Below, piece after piece: positions 54,782 through 64,000 of a stretch of 64,000 nucleotides of DNA; within the stretch, counting starts at the first letter, position 1, and each line of letters starts with the position of its first letter. Position numbers and translations under genes: made by a program. The stretch spans positions 130 to 64,129 of the forward strand of contig DASSPI010000089.1 in NCBI GenBank assembly GCA_035699705.1. Direction: 5' to 3'. A model generated the notes under the pieces. It had not been told where the DNA came from, did no database searches, and saw only the letters and a program-made list of their open reading frames with translations. The DNA is from Xanthobacteraceae bacterium (GTDB lineage: Bacteria > Pseudomonadota > Alphaproteobacteria > Rhizobiales > Xanthobacteraceae).

Positions 54782-54811
54782 TTGATTTTTGGAGAAAATG
54801 TGCTATATAAT
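54782..54811 (+). promoter_or_regulatory. Near-consensus sigma-70 promoter upstream of carD
   Basis: TTGATT (54782-54787) - 16 nt - TGcTATATA (extended -10, 54801-54809; TATAAT at 54806-54811), in the most AT-rich patch of the window. Confidence 0.5.
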
Positions 54812-54913
54812 AGCAATATAACGAAACCCGCAGCAGCGCCTCCTATTGGGGGCCTATTTTTTCGCTGCGTCCCCGAGGCGTCTCAATGAGGGCGTGGAAC
54901 CCACGCGAAGGCA

Positions 54914-55696
54914 GTGGCAGGAAAATCGCGTCAACGAGTGAAAAAGGCCTCCGCCGGGGCTAGCCGGAGAAAAAAATCCTCCGTCACCGCCGTGCGCCAG
55001 GCCAAGAAGAAGTCAGCCGGTGCGAGCCGGCGGACACCGCAAGCTGCACGCGGCACCGCCCGCCGTGCCGCTCCCGTGGCCAAATCGGTCGTGCGCAAGC
55101 CGGCCGGTGAAGGAGCAATCCCTGGGATGACCAGCAAGAAGACTACACAACGCCAAGGTTTCAAGACCAACGAATTTATTGTCTATCCGGCACACGGGGT
55201 TGGTCAGATTGTTGCCATCGAGGAGCAGGAAGTCGCGGGCGCCAAGCTCGAACTGTTCGTCATCAACTTCATCAAGGACAAGATGACCTTGCGGGTTCCG
55301 ACCGCCAAGATCGTCAGCGTCGGCATGCGCAAGCTCGCCGAAGGCCCGATGGTCAAGCGCGCCTTGGAGACCCTGAAGGGCCGTGCCCGCATCAAGCGTA
55401 CCATGTGGTCGCGCCGCGCCCAGGAATACGAGGCAAAGATCAACTCGGGCGACATCGTCGCCATCGCCGAGGTGGTCCGCGACCTGTTCCGTTCGGAATC
55501 GCAGCCCGAGCAGTCCTACAGCGAGCGGCAGCTCTATGAGGCGGCGCTCGACCGCCTGTCGCGCGAAATCGCGGCGGTGCAGCGCGTGACCGAGACCGAA
55601 GCGGTGAAGGAGATCGAAGCCGCTCTCGCCAAGGGTCCGCGCCGCGGACCGAAACCGGCTGAAGACGAAGCCTCGGTCGAGGAAGAAGCGGCCTGA
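54914..55696 (+). CDS. carD: CarD/CdnL-family transcriptional regulator (possibly with a 71-aa basic N-terminal extension)
   Basis: Core FKTNEFIVYPAHGVGQIVAIEEQEVAGAKLELFVINF (RNAP-interacting domain). Start ambiguous: GTG 54914 (adds a K/R/A-rich tail) or ATG 55127 (190 aa). Confidence 0.88.
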   Translation: MAGKSRQRVKKASAGASRRKKSSVTAVRQAKKKSAGASRRTPQAARGTARRAAPVAKSVVRKPAGEGAIPGMTSKKTTQRQGFKTNEFIVYPAHGVGQIVAIEEQEVAGAKLELFVINFIKDKMTLRVPTAKIVSVGMRKLAEGPMVKRALETLKGRARIKRTMWSRRAQEYEAKINSGDIVAIAEVVRDLFRSESQPEQSYSERQLYEAALDRLSREIAAVQRVTETEAVKEIEAALAKGPRRGPKPAEDEASVEEEAA

Positions 55697-55733
55697 GCCG
55701 ATATCTTCCGCCGATATCTTCCATTGAAGTTGC

Positions 55734-55767
55734 AAAGCCCGGCAGTGATGCCGGGCTTTTTGCTTTT
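55734..55767 (+). terminator. Rho-independent terminator of carD
   Basis: AAAGCCCGGCA-GTGA-TGCCGGGCTTT followed by TTGCTTTTG. Confidence 0.8.
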
Positions 55768-55832
55768 GCGCCCCGAAAGCTGCGGCAGTAGCATTTGTCC
55801 GGGAAATGCTTGGCAGAGCAAAAGGGCGCGTC

Positions 55833-56816
55833 ATGTCAATTCGCAAGATCGGCCGATCGGTGCTTCGCATCGCGCTGGCGCTTTCCGCCACACTGGCGAT
55901 GCCGCTCGCGACATCCGCGCAGACCTCCGGCCGCACCATCACCATCGTGGTCCCATTCACCCCGGGCACCGGTCCCGACATTCTGGCGCGCACCATTGGC
56001 GAAGAAATCCAGCGGCGCTGGAACCAGCCGGTGGTGGTCGAGAACAAGCCGGGCGCCAGCGGCAATATCGGCACCCAGATCGTCGCCCGCGCCGCGCCTG
56101 ACGGTCATACCCTGCTGATGACCTCGAATCCCTTCACGGCCAACATCAGCCTGCTGAAGGACGTACCCTACGACCCGGTCAAGAGCTTTGCGCCGATCGT
56201 CGCGCCTGGTTACGGCGTGCTGGCGCTGGCCGTGCATCCATCACTCCCCGTGACCTCGACAAAGGAATTCATCGATTACGCAAAGGCGCGGCCGAATGAG
56301 ATCGATTACGGCTCGCCCGGCATCGGCACGCCGCATCATCTCGCGATGGAATTATTCAAGCTCTCCACCAAGGTCGACCTGCGGCACATTCCCTATCGCG
56401 GCTCGGCGGGCGCCGTCACCGATCTGCTCGGCGGGCACGTCAAGGCCGGGTTCATGGCGGTGCATCTGGCGCTGCCGCTTGTACAAGGCAATCAGATTCG
56501 GCTGCTCGGCGTCGCCAGCCGGGAGCGCGCCAAGGTCGCGCCCGAACTTACGACGCTCGACGCGCAAGGCATCACCGGGTTCGAGGTCAATCTCTGGTAT
56601 GGATTGCTGGCGCCAGCCGCAACGCCGCGCGAGGCCATTCTGCGCTACAACGCGGTGGTGAACGAAATCCTGCAGCAGCCCAAGACCGTGGAAGCTTTAG
56701 CCAAACAGGGATTGACCGTCGCCGGCGGCACGCCCGAGCAATTTGGCCAATTCATCGCCGCCGATGCCGCCAGATGGCAGAAGGTGGTGAAAGAGGCGGG
56801 CATCACCGCCCAGTAA
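55833..56816 (+). CDS. Bug-family (TctC) tripartite tricarboxylate transporter substrate-binding protein
   Basis: 327 aa from internal ATG, signal ..ATSAQ. ITIVVPFTPGTGPDILARTIG..VVVENKPGASGNIG is the Bug fingerprint. Confidence 0.88.
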   Translation: MSIRKIGRSVLRIALALSATLAMPLATSAQTSGRTITIVVPFTPGTGPDILARTIGEEIQRRWNQPVVVENKPGASGNIGTQIVARAAPDGHTLLMTSNPFTANISLLKDVPYDPVKSFAPIVAPGYGVLALAVHPSLPVTSTKEFIDYAKARPNEIDYGSPGIGTPHHLAMELFKLSTKVDLRHIPYRGSAGAVTDLLGGHVKAGFMAVHLALPLVQGNQIRLLGVASRERAKVAPELTTLDAQGITGFEVNLWYGLLAPAATPREAILRYNAVVNEILQQPKTVEALAKQGLTVAGGTPEQFGQFIAADAARWQKVVKEAGITAQ

Positions 56817-57155
56817 TGCCATTACCGGCGCGCGAGGATTGCTCCGCGCCGCTCACAAATGCCGGCATTCGCGTGTGCAGACCACGCCCGCGGGGAACAA
56901 GATGAGCGGTAGCATCGTGCCGGCGACCAGCAGCGGTAGACGCAGACACAGGGGAAGCTTATTCATGGTGTCCCGCCAGCCTTGGATGCAAGCCCATGGT
57001 TGACCGCCCCGCAGGCGGGGGTTTTGTTCAGGCGTGGGCTTCCCCCCGGGCAGCAGGGATCATAGCTACGTGATGTAAATGCGGTTCTCGGCCGCCCGAA
57101 ACTTTGCCGCTCATCTCATCTGATTGCCGACCTTTCCCCTGTCCGGTCCTCCCGC

Positions 57156-58078
<923 letters not shown>

Positions 58079-58082
<4 letters not shown>

Positions 58083-58840
58083 ATTTCCAGGCCGTCCGCG
58101 CGATCTACACTTTCGAAATGGCGCGCACCGGGCGCACTCTGATGCAAAGCATCGTCTCGCCGGTGCTCTCCACCTCGCTCTATTTCGTCGTTTTCGGCGC
58201 CGCGATCGGCTCGCGCATCACCGACATCGAGGGCGTGCAATACGGCGCTTTCATCGTGCCCGGGCTGATCATGCTGACACTGCTGACGCAGAGCGTGATG
58301 AATGCTTCTTTCGGGATCTATTTCCCGCGCTTCACCGGGACGATTTACGAGATCCTGGCGGCGCCAATCTCGGCCTTTGAGATCGTGCTGGGCTATGTCG
58401 GCGCTGCCGCCACCAAATCGGTCATCCTCGGGCTGATCATCCTCGCCACCGCGGGCTTCTTCGTGCCGCTGCGGATCGAGCATCCGCTCTGGATGATCGT
58501 CTTCCTGCTGCTCACGGCCGTGACCTTCAGCCTGCTCGGCTTCATCATCGGCCTGTGGGCGGACGGGTTCGAGAAGCTGCAGATCGTGCCGCTGCTGGTC
58601 ATCACCCCGCTCACCTTCCTTGGCGGCAGCTTCTATTCCATCAGCGTGCTGCCGCCGGCGTGGCAGACGATCACTTTGTTCAATCCGGTGGTCTATCTGA
58701 TCAGCGGCTTCCGCTGGGCCTTCTTCGAGACCGCCGACGTCGGCGTCGAGATCAGCCTTGCGATGACGCTGCTATTCCTCGGCATCTGCCTGACCGTGAT
58801 CTGGTGGATGTTCAAGACCGGCTATCGCCTGAAGAACTAA
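58079..58840 (+). CDS. ABC-2 type transporter permease
   Basis: 253 aa, six TM helices, 4-nt overlap with the ATPase gene. Confidence 0.88.
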
Positions 58841-58918
58841 AGCGCGGTCCGAGAAGCCTGTCCCGGAGGCGGTCCCGGGGACGGAGACGGCTCGCCGCAA
58901 AGACTGCGCGAGACAGTC

Positions 58919-61900
58919 CTAGTGCACCCCATAGCGCGCGAAGGTCTCGGCGATACCGGGATTCAGCGCCTTGGCCGCCGAGATATCGGCTTGGCCGGGG
59001 GTCTTCTTTCCGCTCTTCATCATCGCCATGCCGCGGCCATAGAGCGCCTCGGCGATCGAGGGCCGCTGCCGCAGCAGCGCGTCGTAATCCTTGATCGCGT
59101 TCTTGAATCTGCCCATCTTCAGATGCGTGAAGCCGCGGCGGCCAAGCGCGCTCACGTTGTTGGGCTCGAGCTGCAAAACCTGATTGCAGTCCTCCAGCGC
59201 CTTCTGCATCTGGCCCGCGACCGTGCGCACCCAGCAGCGGTTGATATAGGCTTCGCTGTAATCCGGCGACAGCCGGATCACCTGACCGAAATCCTTGATC
59301 GCCCGGTCGTAGGAGCCTTTGTCGCGGTAAGCGATGCCGCGATCGTGCAGCGCCTGCACGTAACCGGAATTGAGCTTCAATGCACGGTCGAAATCCTTGA
59401 TCGCGCGGTCGAGATCATGCCTGCGGTAATAGGCATTGCCGCGCTGATAGACCGCAACCGCGTTCTTCGCATCGAGCCGCACCGTCTCGCTCAGATCATC
59501 GATTGCCGGATCCAGATCGCCGGCATTCTTGTGGATAAGGCCGCGATGGAAGTAGGCCAGCGCGTTCTTCGGTTCGAGCTCGATGACTTTGCCGAAATCG
59601 CGCAGCGCAGCCTCGGTGTTCTGGTTCGCCTTGTGGATCAGGCCGCGCTGGTAAAAGCCCGGCGCGAAGCTGCTGTTCAGCGCGATGACCTCATTGAAGT
59701 CCTGCAGCGCGCGCTCGTAATTCCCTTGATCCTGATAGATCAGCCCGCGGTCGAAATAGGCGGCGGCATGGCGCGGGTTGGCCCGCAGCGCCTGCTCGAA
59801 GCTCTCGATCGCCCGGTCATGCTCGCCCTTGTGCTTGTAGATCAGGCCGCGGCTGTAATAGGCGGCGTCGTGCAGGGGATTGATCGCTATCGCCTGCCCG
59901 AGATCTGCGATGGCGCGCTCCTGGTCGCCTTTCTGCCGGTATGCCAGCCCGCGCTGATACAGCGCGTTGTCGTTGCTGGGGTTAAGCCGCAGCGCTTCGT
60001 CAAAATCGGCGATCGCGCGTTCGGAATCGCCTTTGGCCTGATAGGCGATCCCGCGCTCATACAGCGCCGCGTCGTAAGCCGGATTGATCTTGATGGCCTG
60101 GTCGAAATCCCTGATGGCGCGGTCGGCATTCCCGCTGTCGAGATAGAGCGTGGCGCGCTTGAAAAGCGCCTGGGTGTCGCGCGGATCGAGCTTGAGCAGG
60201 CCGTCGAATTCCGCGATCGCGCGTTCGACATTCCCGCTCTCGGCATAGATCTCGCCGCGGCGATAGAGCGCCAGCGCGTTCTTCGGCTCCAGCCGGGCGA
60301 CCTCGTCCAGGTCTGCCAGCGCGAGGTCGTATTCGCCGGTGGCGCGATAAGCGAAAGCGCGATTGTAGAGCGCCAGCGCATTGCTCGGATCGAGCCGCAC
60401 GACTTCGCTGAAATCCGCAATGGCGCGGTCATTCGCCCGGTTGGCCTGGTGGATCAGCCCGCGGTTGAGCAAGGCGCGCGTGTTGCGCGCATCCAGCCGG
60501 ATCGCCTGATCAAAATCATCGATCGCGCGCTGATAGTCGCCGCGGTCCTGATAGGTCAGTCCACGGTCAAGATAAGCCTTGTCCAGCTTCGGATTGATCC
60601 GCACCGCGGCGCCGAAACTTGCGATGGCGCTCGGATAGTCGCGCTTCTGCCGGTAGGCGAGACCGCGGTTGTAGAAGGCAAGATCGTAATTGGGATTGAT
60701 TTTCACCGCCTGGTCGAAGTCGGCGATGGCGCGGTCGAGGTTGCCCTTGCTCTTGTAAGCGAGGCCGCGGTTGTAGAAGGCGAGAGCATTCTTCGGATTG
60801 ATCCGCACCACCTGGCTGAAATCGGCGATCGCCTGATCGTGCAGGTCTTTGCTCTGATAGGCGCGGCCGCGAATATAGAGCGTATCGTCGTCGTTCGGGT
60901 TGATGCGGATAGCCTGGTCGAAATCGGCGATCGCCAGGTCGATCTTGCCTTTGGCGGCATGGGCGCGCCCGCGATCCTGATAGGCCGGCGCGGAGCCTGG
61001 ATCGAGCTTGATCACCCGGTCGAAGTCGGCGATCGCGCGCTCGTGGTCGCCCTTGTCGCTATAGGTGCGGCCGCGTTCGCGCAGCGTCATTGCCTCATTG
61101 GCGCCGAGCCTGATTGCGGCGTCGAAGTCGGCAATGGCGGCGTCATAATCATGCTGGCCGTGCCGCAGGTCGCCGCGCTGATAGAAGGCGAGCGCGTTGC
61201 GCGCATCAAGCCGGATGGTTTCGTCGAAGTCCGCTATCGCCCGGACGATGTCGCCCTTGCCGCGGTAGATCAGCCCGCGGTTATAGACAGCCTGCGCATT
61301 CGCCGGGTGCAGGCGGATCGCCCGGCTCAGGTCGGCAATGGCCTCGTCGTTGTCGCCCTTGGCAGCCAGCATCATGCCGCGGTTGAACAGGGCGGCGGCG
61401 TGATTCGGGTCTGTCTTGATTGCCTGGCTTAAGTCCGCCAGCGCGCGCCCGCTGTCGCCGAGGTCGCGGTAGGCCATGCCGCGGCCATTGTAGGCGGCCG
61501 CATGCTGCGGGTTGATCCGCAGCGCCTCGTCGAAATCAAGCACCGCCTGTTCGAGCCTGCCCATGGCGGCATGGGCATTGCCGCGCTCGAAATAGGCCGG
61601 CGCATAACCCGGATCGGTCGCGATGGCGACATCAAAGTCGGCGGCAGCCCGCTGCCAGTCGCGCTTGCGGGTGTAGATGCCGGCACGGTCAACATAGGCC
61701 ATGGCGAATTGCGGATTGAGCTTGATGGCCTGGCTGAAATCCGCCAGCGCGCGGTCCAGCGCACCCTTGTCACGATGGACCAGGCCGCGGTCGCGATAGA
61801 TCGCAGCCTCGCGCGGATTGGTTTTGATCACCCGATCGAAATCGGCGAGCGCGCGGTCATAATCGCCCTTGCCATAGCGCGCCTTGGCGCGCTGATGGAC

Positions 61901-63343
61901 CGCGAGAAGGTTTTTTGGGTCGAGCTGGATGACGGCATCGATGTCCTCGATCGCTTTGTCGGCCTCGCCCCTGGCCAGATGGATCGTCCCGCGCTGGAAC
62001 AGCGCGGGTGCATTTTTCGGATCAAGCTTGAGGACCTGGGTGAGATCGCGCAAAGCGCGGTCGTCGTCGCCTTTCTGGCGCAGGATCAAGGCGCGATTGA
62101 AATAGGCGGCAACGTTCCTGGGATCGTGACGCGTCGCTTCATCGAAATTGTCCAGCGCCTTGTCGTTGTCGCCTTTTTGCCGATAGGCCAGCCCGCGGTT
62201 ATTGAAGGCGGCACCGAACCTGGAATCGAAGCGGATCGCGCGGTCGAAATCCTCGATCGCCCGGTCGATCTCGCCCCTTCTGAGCAGGACCGTGCCCCGG
62301 CCGTTGAAGGCGGGCGCGTAATTGGCTTTGATCTTGATCGCCTGGTCGAAGTCCTGCATGGCGCGTTCGAAACGGCCTTTGCCGGCATGCGCCTCGCCGC
62401 GGTCGTGGAAGGCCGATGCCGAGCGCGGGTTGATTTTGATGGCGCGATCGAAGTCGGCGATGGCGCGATCGAAGTCCTTCTTGCTGCGGTAGGCGCTGCC
62501 GCGGCTTTCGAATACCAGGGAAAAGCCCGGATCGAGCTCCAATGCGCGGCTGAAGTCCTGGATCGCCGCGTCGTACTCGTTGCGGTCATTGTGCGCGAGG
62601 CCGCGGTTGTAGAACATCACCGCACTTTTCGAGTCGATGCGGATAGCCTCGCTGAAGTCGGCAATGGCGCGCTCCAGTTCGCCTTTCTCCTTCAGCACGA
62701 TGCCGCGGTTGTAAAAGGCCAGCGCGTTGGCGGGATCGAGCTCGATCGCGCGGCTCAAGTCGACCAGCGCGCGGTCATGATCCCGCCGGTCGTAATTGAT
62801 CACTCCGCGATCGAAATAAGCCGGCCCGAAGTTCGGATCGAGTTCAATGGCCCGGGCGAGATCGTCGAGCGCGCGGTTATAATCGCGCTTGTCGTAGTAA
62901 GCATTGGCGCGCTGGTAAAAGGCGTGGACATTTTGCGGGTCGAGCTTGATGGCCTGGTTGAGATCCTCGAAGGCGCCGATCGGGTCGGCCTTTTTCCGGC
63001 GCAGGGCGCCGCGGTTGGCATAAGCAGCGGCCAAATCGAGGGGAGGCAGCCTGCGCGCGTTGATGGCGTTGGTGCAGCCCGCAATGGCGGCGTCACCGGA
63101 GCCGCGCCGGCAGGTATCCCAATCCTCATCGAAGGCGGCGGGGGCGGCGATCACCGTCGCCAGCAGCAGAGCTGAAACCGGCAAAAGCCGGAACAGCGGG
63201 TGCCGCGCTGCGAGCAGCGCGAGCGCAACGGCCGGTCGAACGGCAGGCTTCTGGCGCATAGGTCCGGTAGCCACGACCCCACCCCAACACGAAGACAGCG
63301 ACGATGGCCGGTACGTGACGCCGGGCCGTGGAAGCAACGTCAA
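58919..63343 (-). CDS. Giant exported tetratricopeptide-repeat protein (about 40 consecutive TPR units)
   Basis: 1474-aa ORF. Hydrophobic N-terminal signal/anchor (alternative ATG at 63259). Then uninterrupted 34-aa units of type DYDRAIADFDQAIKLNPNNALAYYNRGLAYxxKG; I count 40 inter-helix x-L/I-D/N-P turns. Confidence 0.9.
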   Translation of the reverse strand: MTLLPRPGVTYRPSSLSSCWGGVVATGPMRQKPAVRPAVALALLAARHPLFRLLPVSALLLATVIAAPAAFDEDWDTCRRGSGDAAIAGCTNAINARRLPPLDLAAAYANRGALRRKKADPIGAFEDLNQAIKLDPQNVHAFYQRANAYYDKRDYNRALDDLARAIELDPNFGPAYFDRGVINYDRRDHDRALVDLSRAIELDPANALAFYNRGIVLKEKGELERAIADFSEAIRIDSKSAVMFYNRGLAHNDRNEYDAAIQDFSRALELDPGFSLVFESRGSAYRSKKDFDRAIADFDRAIKINPRSASAFHDRGEAHAGKGRFERAMQDFDQAIKIKANYAPAFNGRGTVLLRRGEIDRAIEDFDRAIRFDSRFGAAFNNRGLAYRQKGDNDKALDNFDEATRHDPRNVAAYFNRALILRQKGDDDRALRDLTQVLKLDPKNAPALFQRGTIHLARGEADKAIEDIDAVIQLDPKNLLAVHQRAKARYGKGDYDRALADFDRVIKTNPREAAIYRDRGLVHRDKGALDRALADFSQAIKLNPQFAMAYVDRAGIYTRKRDWQRAAADFDVAIATDPGYAPAYFERGNAHAAMGRLEQAVLDFDEALRINPQHAAAYNGRGMAYRDLGDSGRALADLSQAIKTDPNHAAALFNRGMMLAAKGDNDEAIADLSRAIRLHPANAQAVYNRGLIYRGKGDIVRAIADFDETIRLDARNALAFYQRGDLRHGQHDYDAAIADFDAAIRLGANEAMTLRERGRTYSDKGDHERAIADFDRVIKLDPGSAPAYQDRGRAHAAKGKIDLAIADFDQAIRINPNDDDTLYIRGRAYQSKDLHDQAIADFSQVVRINPKNALAFYNRGLAYKSKGNLDRAIADFDQAVKINPNYDLAFYNRGLAYRQKRDYPSAIASFGAAVRINPKLDKAYLDRGLTYQDRGDYQRAIDDFDQAIRLDARNTRALLNRGLIHQANRANDRAIADFSEVVRLDPSNALALYNRAFAYRATGEYDLALADLDEVARLEPKNALALYRRGEIYAESGNVERAIAEFDGLLKLDPRDTQALFKRATLYLDSGNADRAIRDFDQAIKINPAYDAALYERGIAYQAKGDSERAIADFDEALRLNPSNDNALYQRGLAYRQKGDQERAIADLGQAIAINPLHDAAYYSRGLIYKHKGEHDRAIESFEQALRANPRHAAAYFDRGLIYQDQGNYERALQDFNEVIALNSSFAPGFYQRGLIHKANQNTEAALRDFGKVIELEPKNALAYFHRGLIHKNAGDLDPAIDDLSETVRLDAKNAVAVYQRGNAYYRRHDLDRAIKDFDRALKLNSGYVQALHDRGIAYRDKGSYDRAIKDFGQVIRLSPDYSEAYINRCWVRTVAGQMQKALEDCNQVLQLEPNNVSALGRRGFTHLKMGRFKNAIKDYDALLRQRPSIAEALYGRGMAMMKSGKKTPGQADISAAKALNPGIAETFARYGVH

Positions 63344-63380
63344 ACGGTTGAGCTGGTTCCGTTTTACGTCGTCTCCACTA

Positions 63381-64000
63381 TTATTCTACCACGATCTTGA
63401 CCTGCTCGCCGGGCTTGGGCGCCTGTCCGGGCGCCAATCCGTTGAGTACAAGGAATCGCTGCAACGGCCGGTCGGTAATCGCCATCCGGGCGGCGAGGCG
63501 CTCCGGCGTATCGCTCGGGGTCACCGTCACCACTTTGATGCGTAGCGGCCGCGCGCCCTCGATTTCCGCGAGAGTCATGCGGCGGAAGCTGTTGATCGAT
63601 TCGCGGAAGCCGCGCTCGCTCTCGGCGGTCTTCTGCTTGGTCGCGAAGATGAAGCGGTAAACTTCGCTGCCGAAACGGACCGCGTACATCCGGAACGTCC
63701 ACTGATCGCCTTTGGCGGTCGCCGTCGCGGCGGGAAAGCCGTTGATCGTGGTCGGCTCGACCGACTTGTCGTCGATCGTGCCGATCCAGCCGGATTTCAG
63801 GTAGTCCGTGAGCGTCTGTTCCGCCGGCACGCGCACGACGTCGAGCCGCATCGCCTGGCTGCCGCCTTCCCTGTTGCCCAGCACCGCCTGCGCGGTATTC
63901 TCCAGCACGAAACCGTCCGGCGCCGTGAAGGTGAAGCCGAGCTTGGGATGCAGATAGCGCCGGCCGCGCACGAAACCTTCGCTGGGATCCTCGCCGAAAA
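63381..64000 (-). CDS. Conserved exported protein, C-terminal part (probable M48-family metallopeptidase C-terminal region ending in a LysM-like domain); 5' end lies outside the window
   Basis: Frame stays open to position 64000. C-terminus ..VTVTPSDTPERLAARMAITDRPLQRFLVLNGLAPGQAPKPGEQVKIVVE resembles a LysM fold. Family call is from memory of orthologous loci. Confidence 0.45.
   Translation of the reverse strand, partial: FGEDPSEGFVRGRRYLHPKLGFTFTAPDGFVLENTAQAVLGNREGGSQAMRLDVVRVPAEQTLTDYLKSGWIGTIDDKSVEPTTINGFPAATATAKGDQWTFRMYAVRFGSEVYRFIFATKQKTAESERGFRESINSFRRMTLAEIEGARPLRIKVVTVTPSDTPERLAARMAITDRPLQRFLVLNGLAPGQAPKPGEQVKIVVE

Noticed and set aside
58922-63175. 836-aa and 557-aa plus-strand ORFs, and 102-bp periodicity that could be mistaken for a tandem-repeat or CRISPR-like array
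   Set aside because: They are antisense to the TPR gene. The periodicity is the 34-codon TPR unit; the units are divergent at the DNA level, there are no unique spacers, and the sense frame gives canonical TPR consensus throughout.

Overview
High-GC (roughly mid-60s %, judged by eye) alphaproteobacterial chromosome segment. Gene order and the intergenic repeat families look like Bradyrhizobium/Rhodopseudomonas/Afipia-type Nitrobacteraceae; that assignment is from memory, since no search was possible. The window is almost entirely conserved housekeeping: sdhCDAB, ispA, mtgA, rpmF, phaR-phaAB, gloB, prmC-prfA, ptsP, lysC, ubiG, a comF-grxC-nitrilase-DUF1178 block, argJ, mutT, secA, accA, xerD, aroK-aroB, bolA, cobS-cobT, rpmB, a SUV3-like helicase, fdxA, carD, two Bug/TctC binding proteins and an ABC-2 exporter. 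I found no rRNA, tRNA, CRISPR array, transposase, phage gene or recognisable defence gene, so I do not claim a new defence or mobile system here. Six things deserve a second look. (1) An ECF sigma-F/NrsF module carries two identical-architecture GTAACC-N16-CGAA promoter motifs. It drives a Met-rich MXKDX peptide, a b-type cytochrome and a Tat-exported molybdoenzyme, which looks like a variant of the known periplasmic Met-sulfoxide/hypochlorite scavenging system. (2) A single 1474-aa ORF consists of about 40 uninterrupted TPR units and lies directly downstream of a probable M48/LysM protein. (3) A small four-helix membrane ORF is inserted between sdhA and sdhB. (4) A 12-bp perfect inverted repeat that resembles FRT arms sits in the gloB/methyltransferase divergent region, and a 23/25-identical copy lies downstream of mtgA. 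(5) Several families of REP/MITE-like hairpin repeats are present; they bracket xerD, bracket a 263-bp lower-GC insert, and in one case appear to sit in-frame inside a methyltransferase gene. (6) The secA leader is structured and contains a 26-bp tandem duplication. Many long ORFs in the six-frame track are antisense or out-of-frame artefacts of high GC and were rejected.
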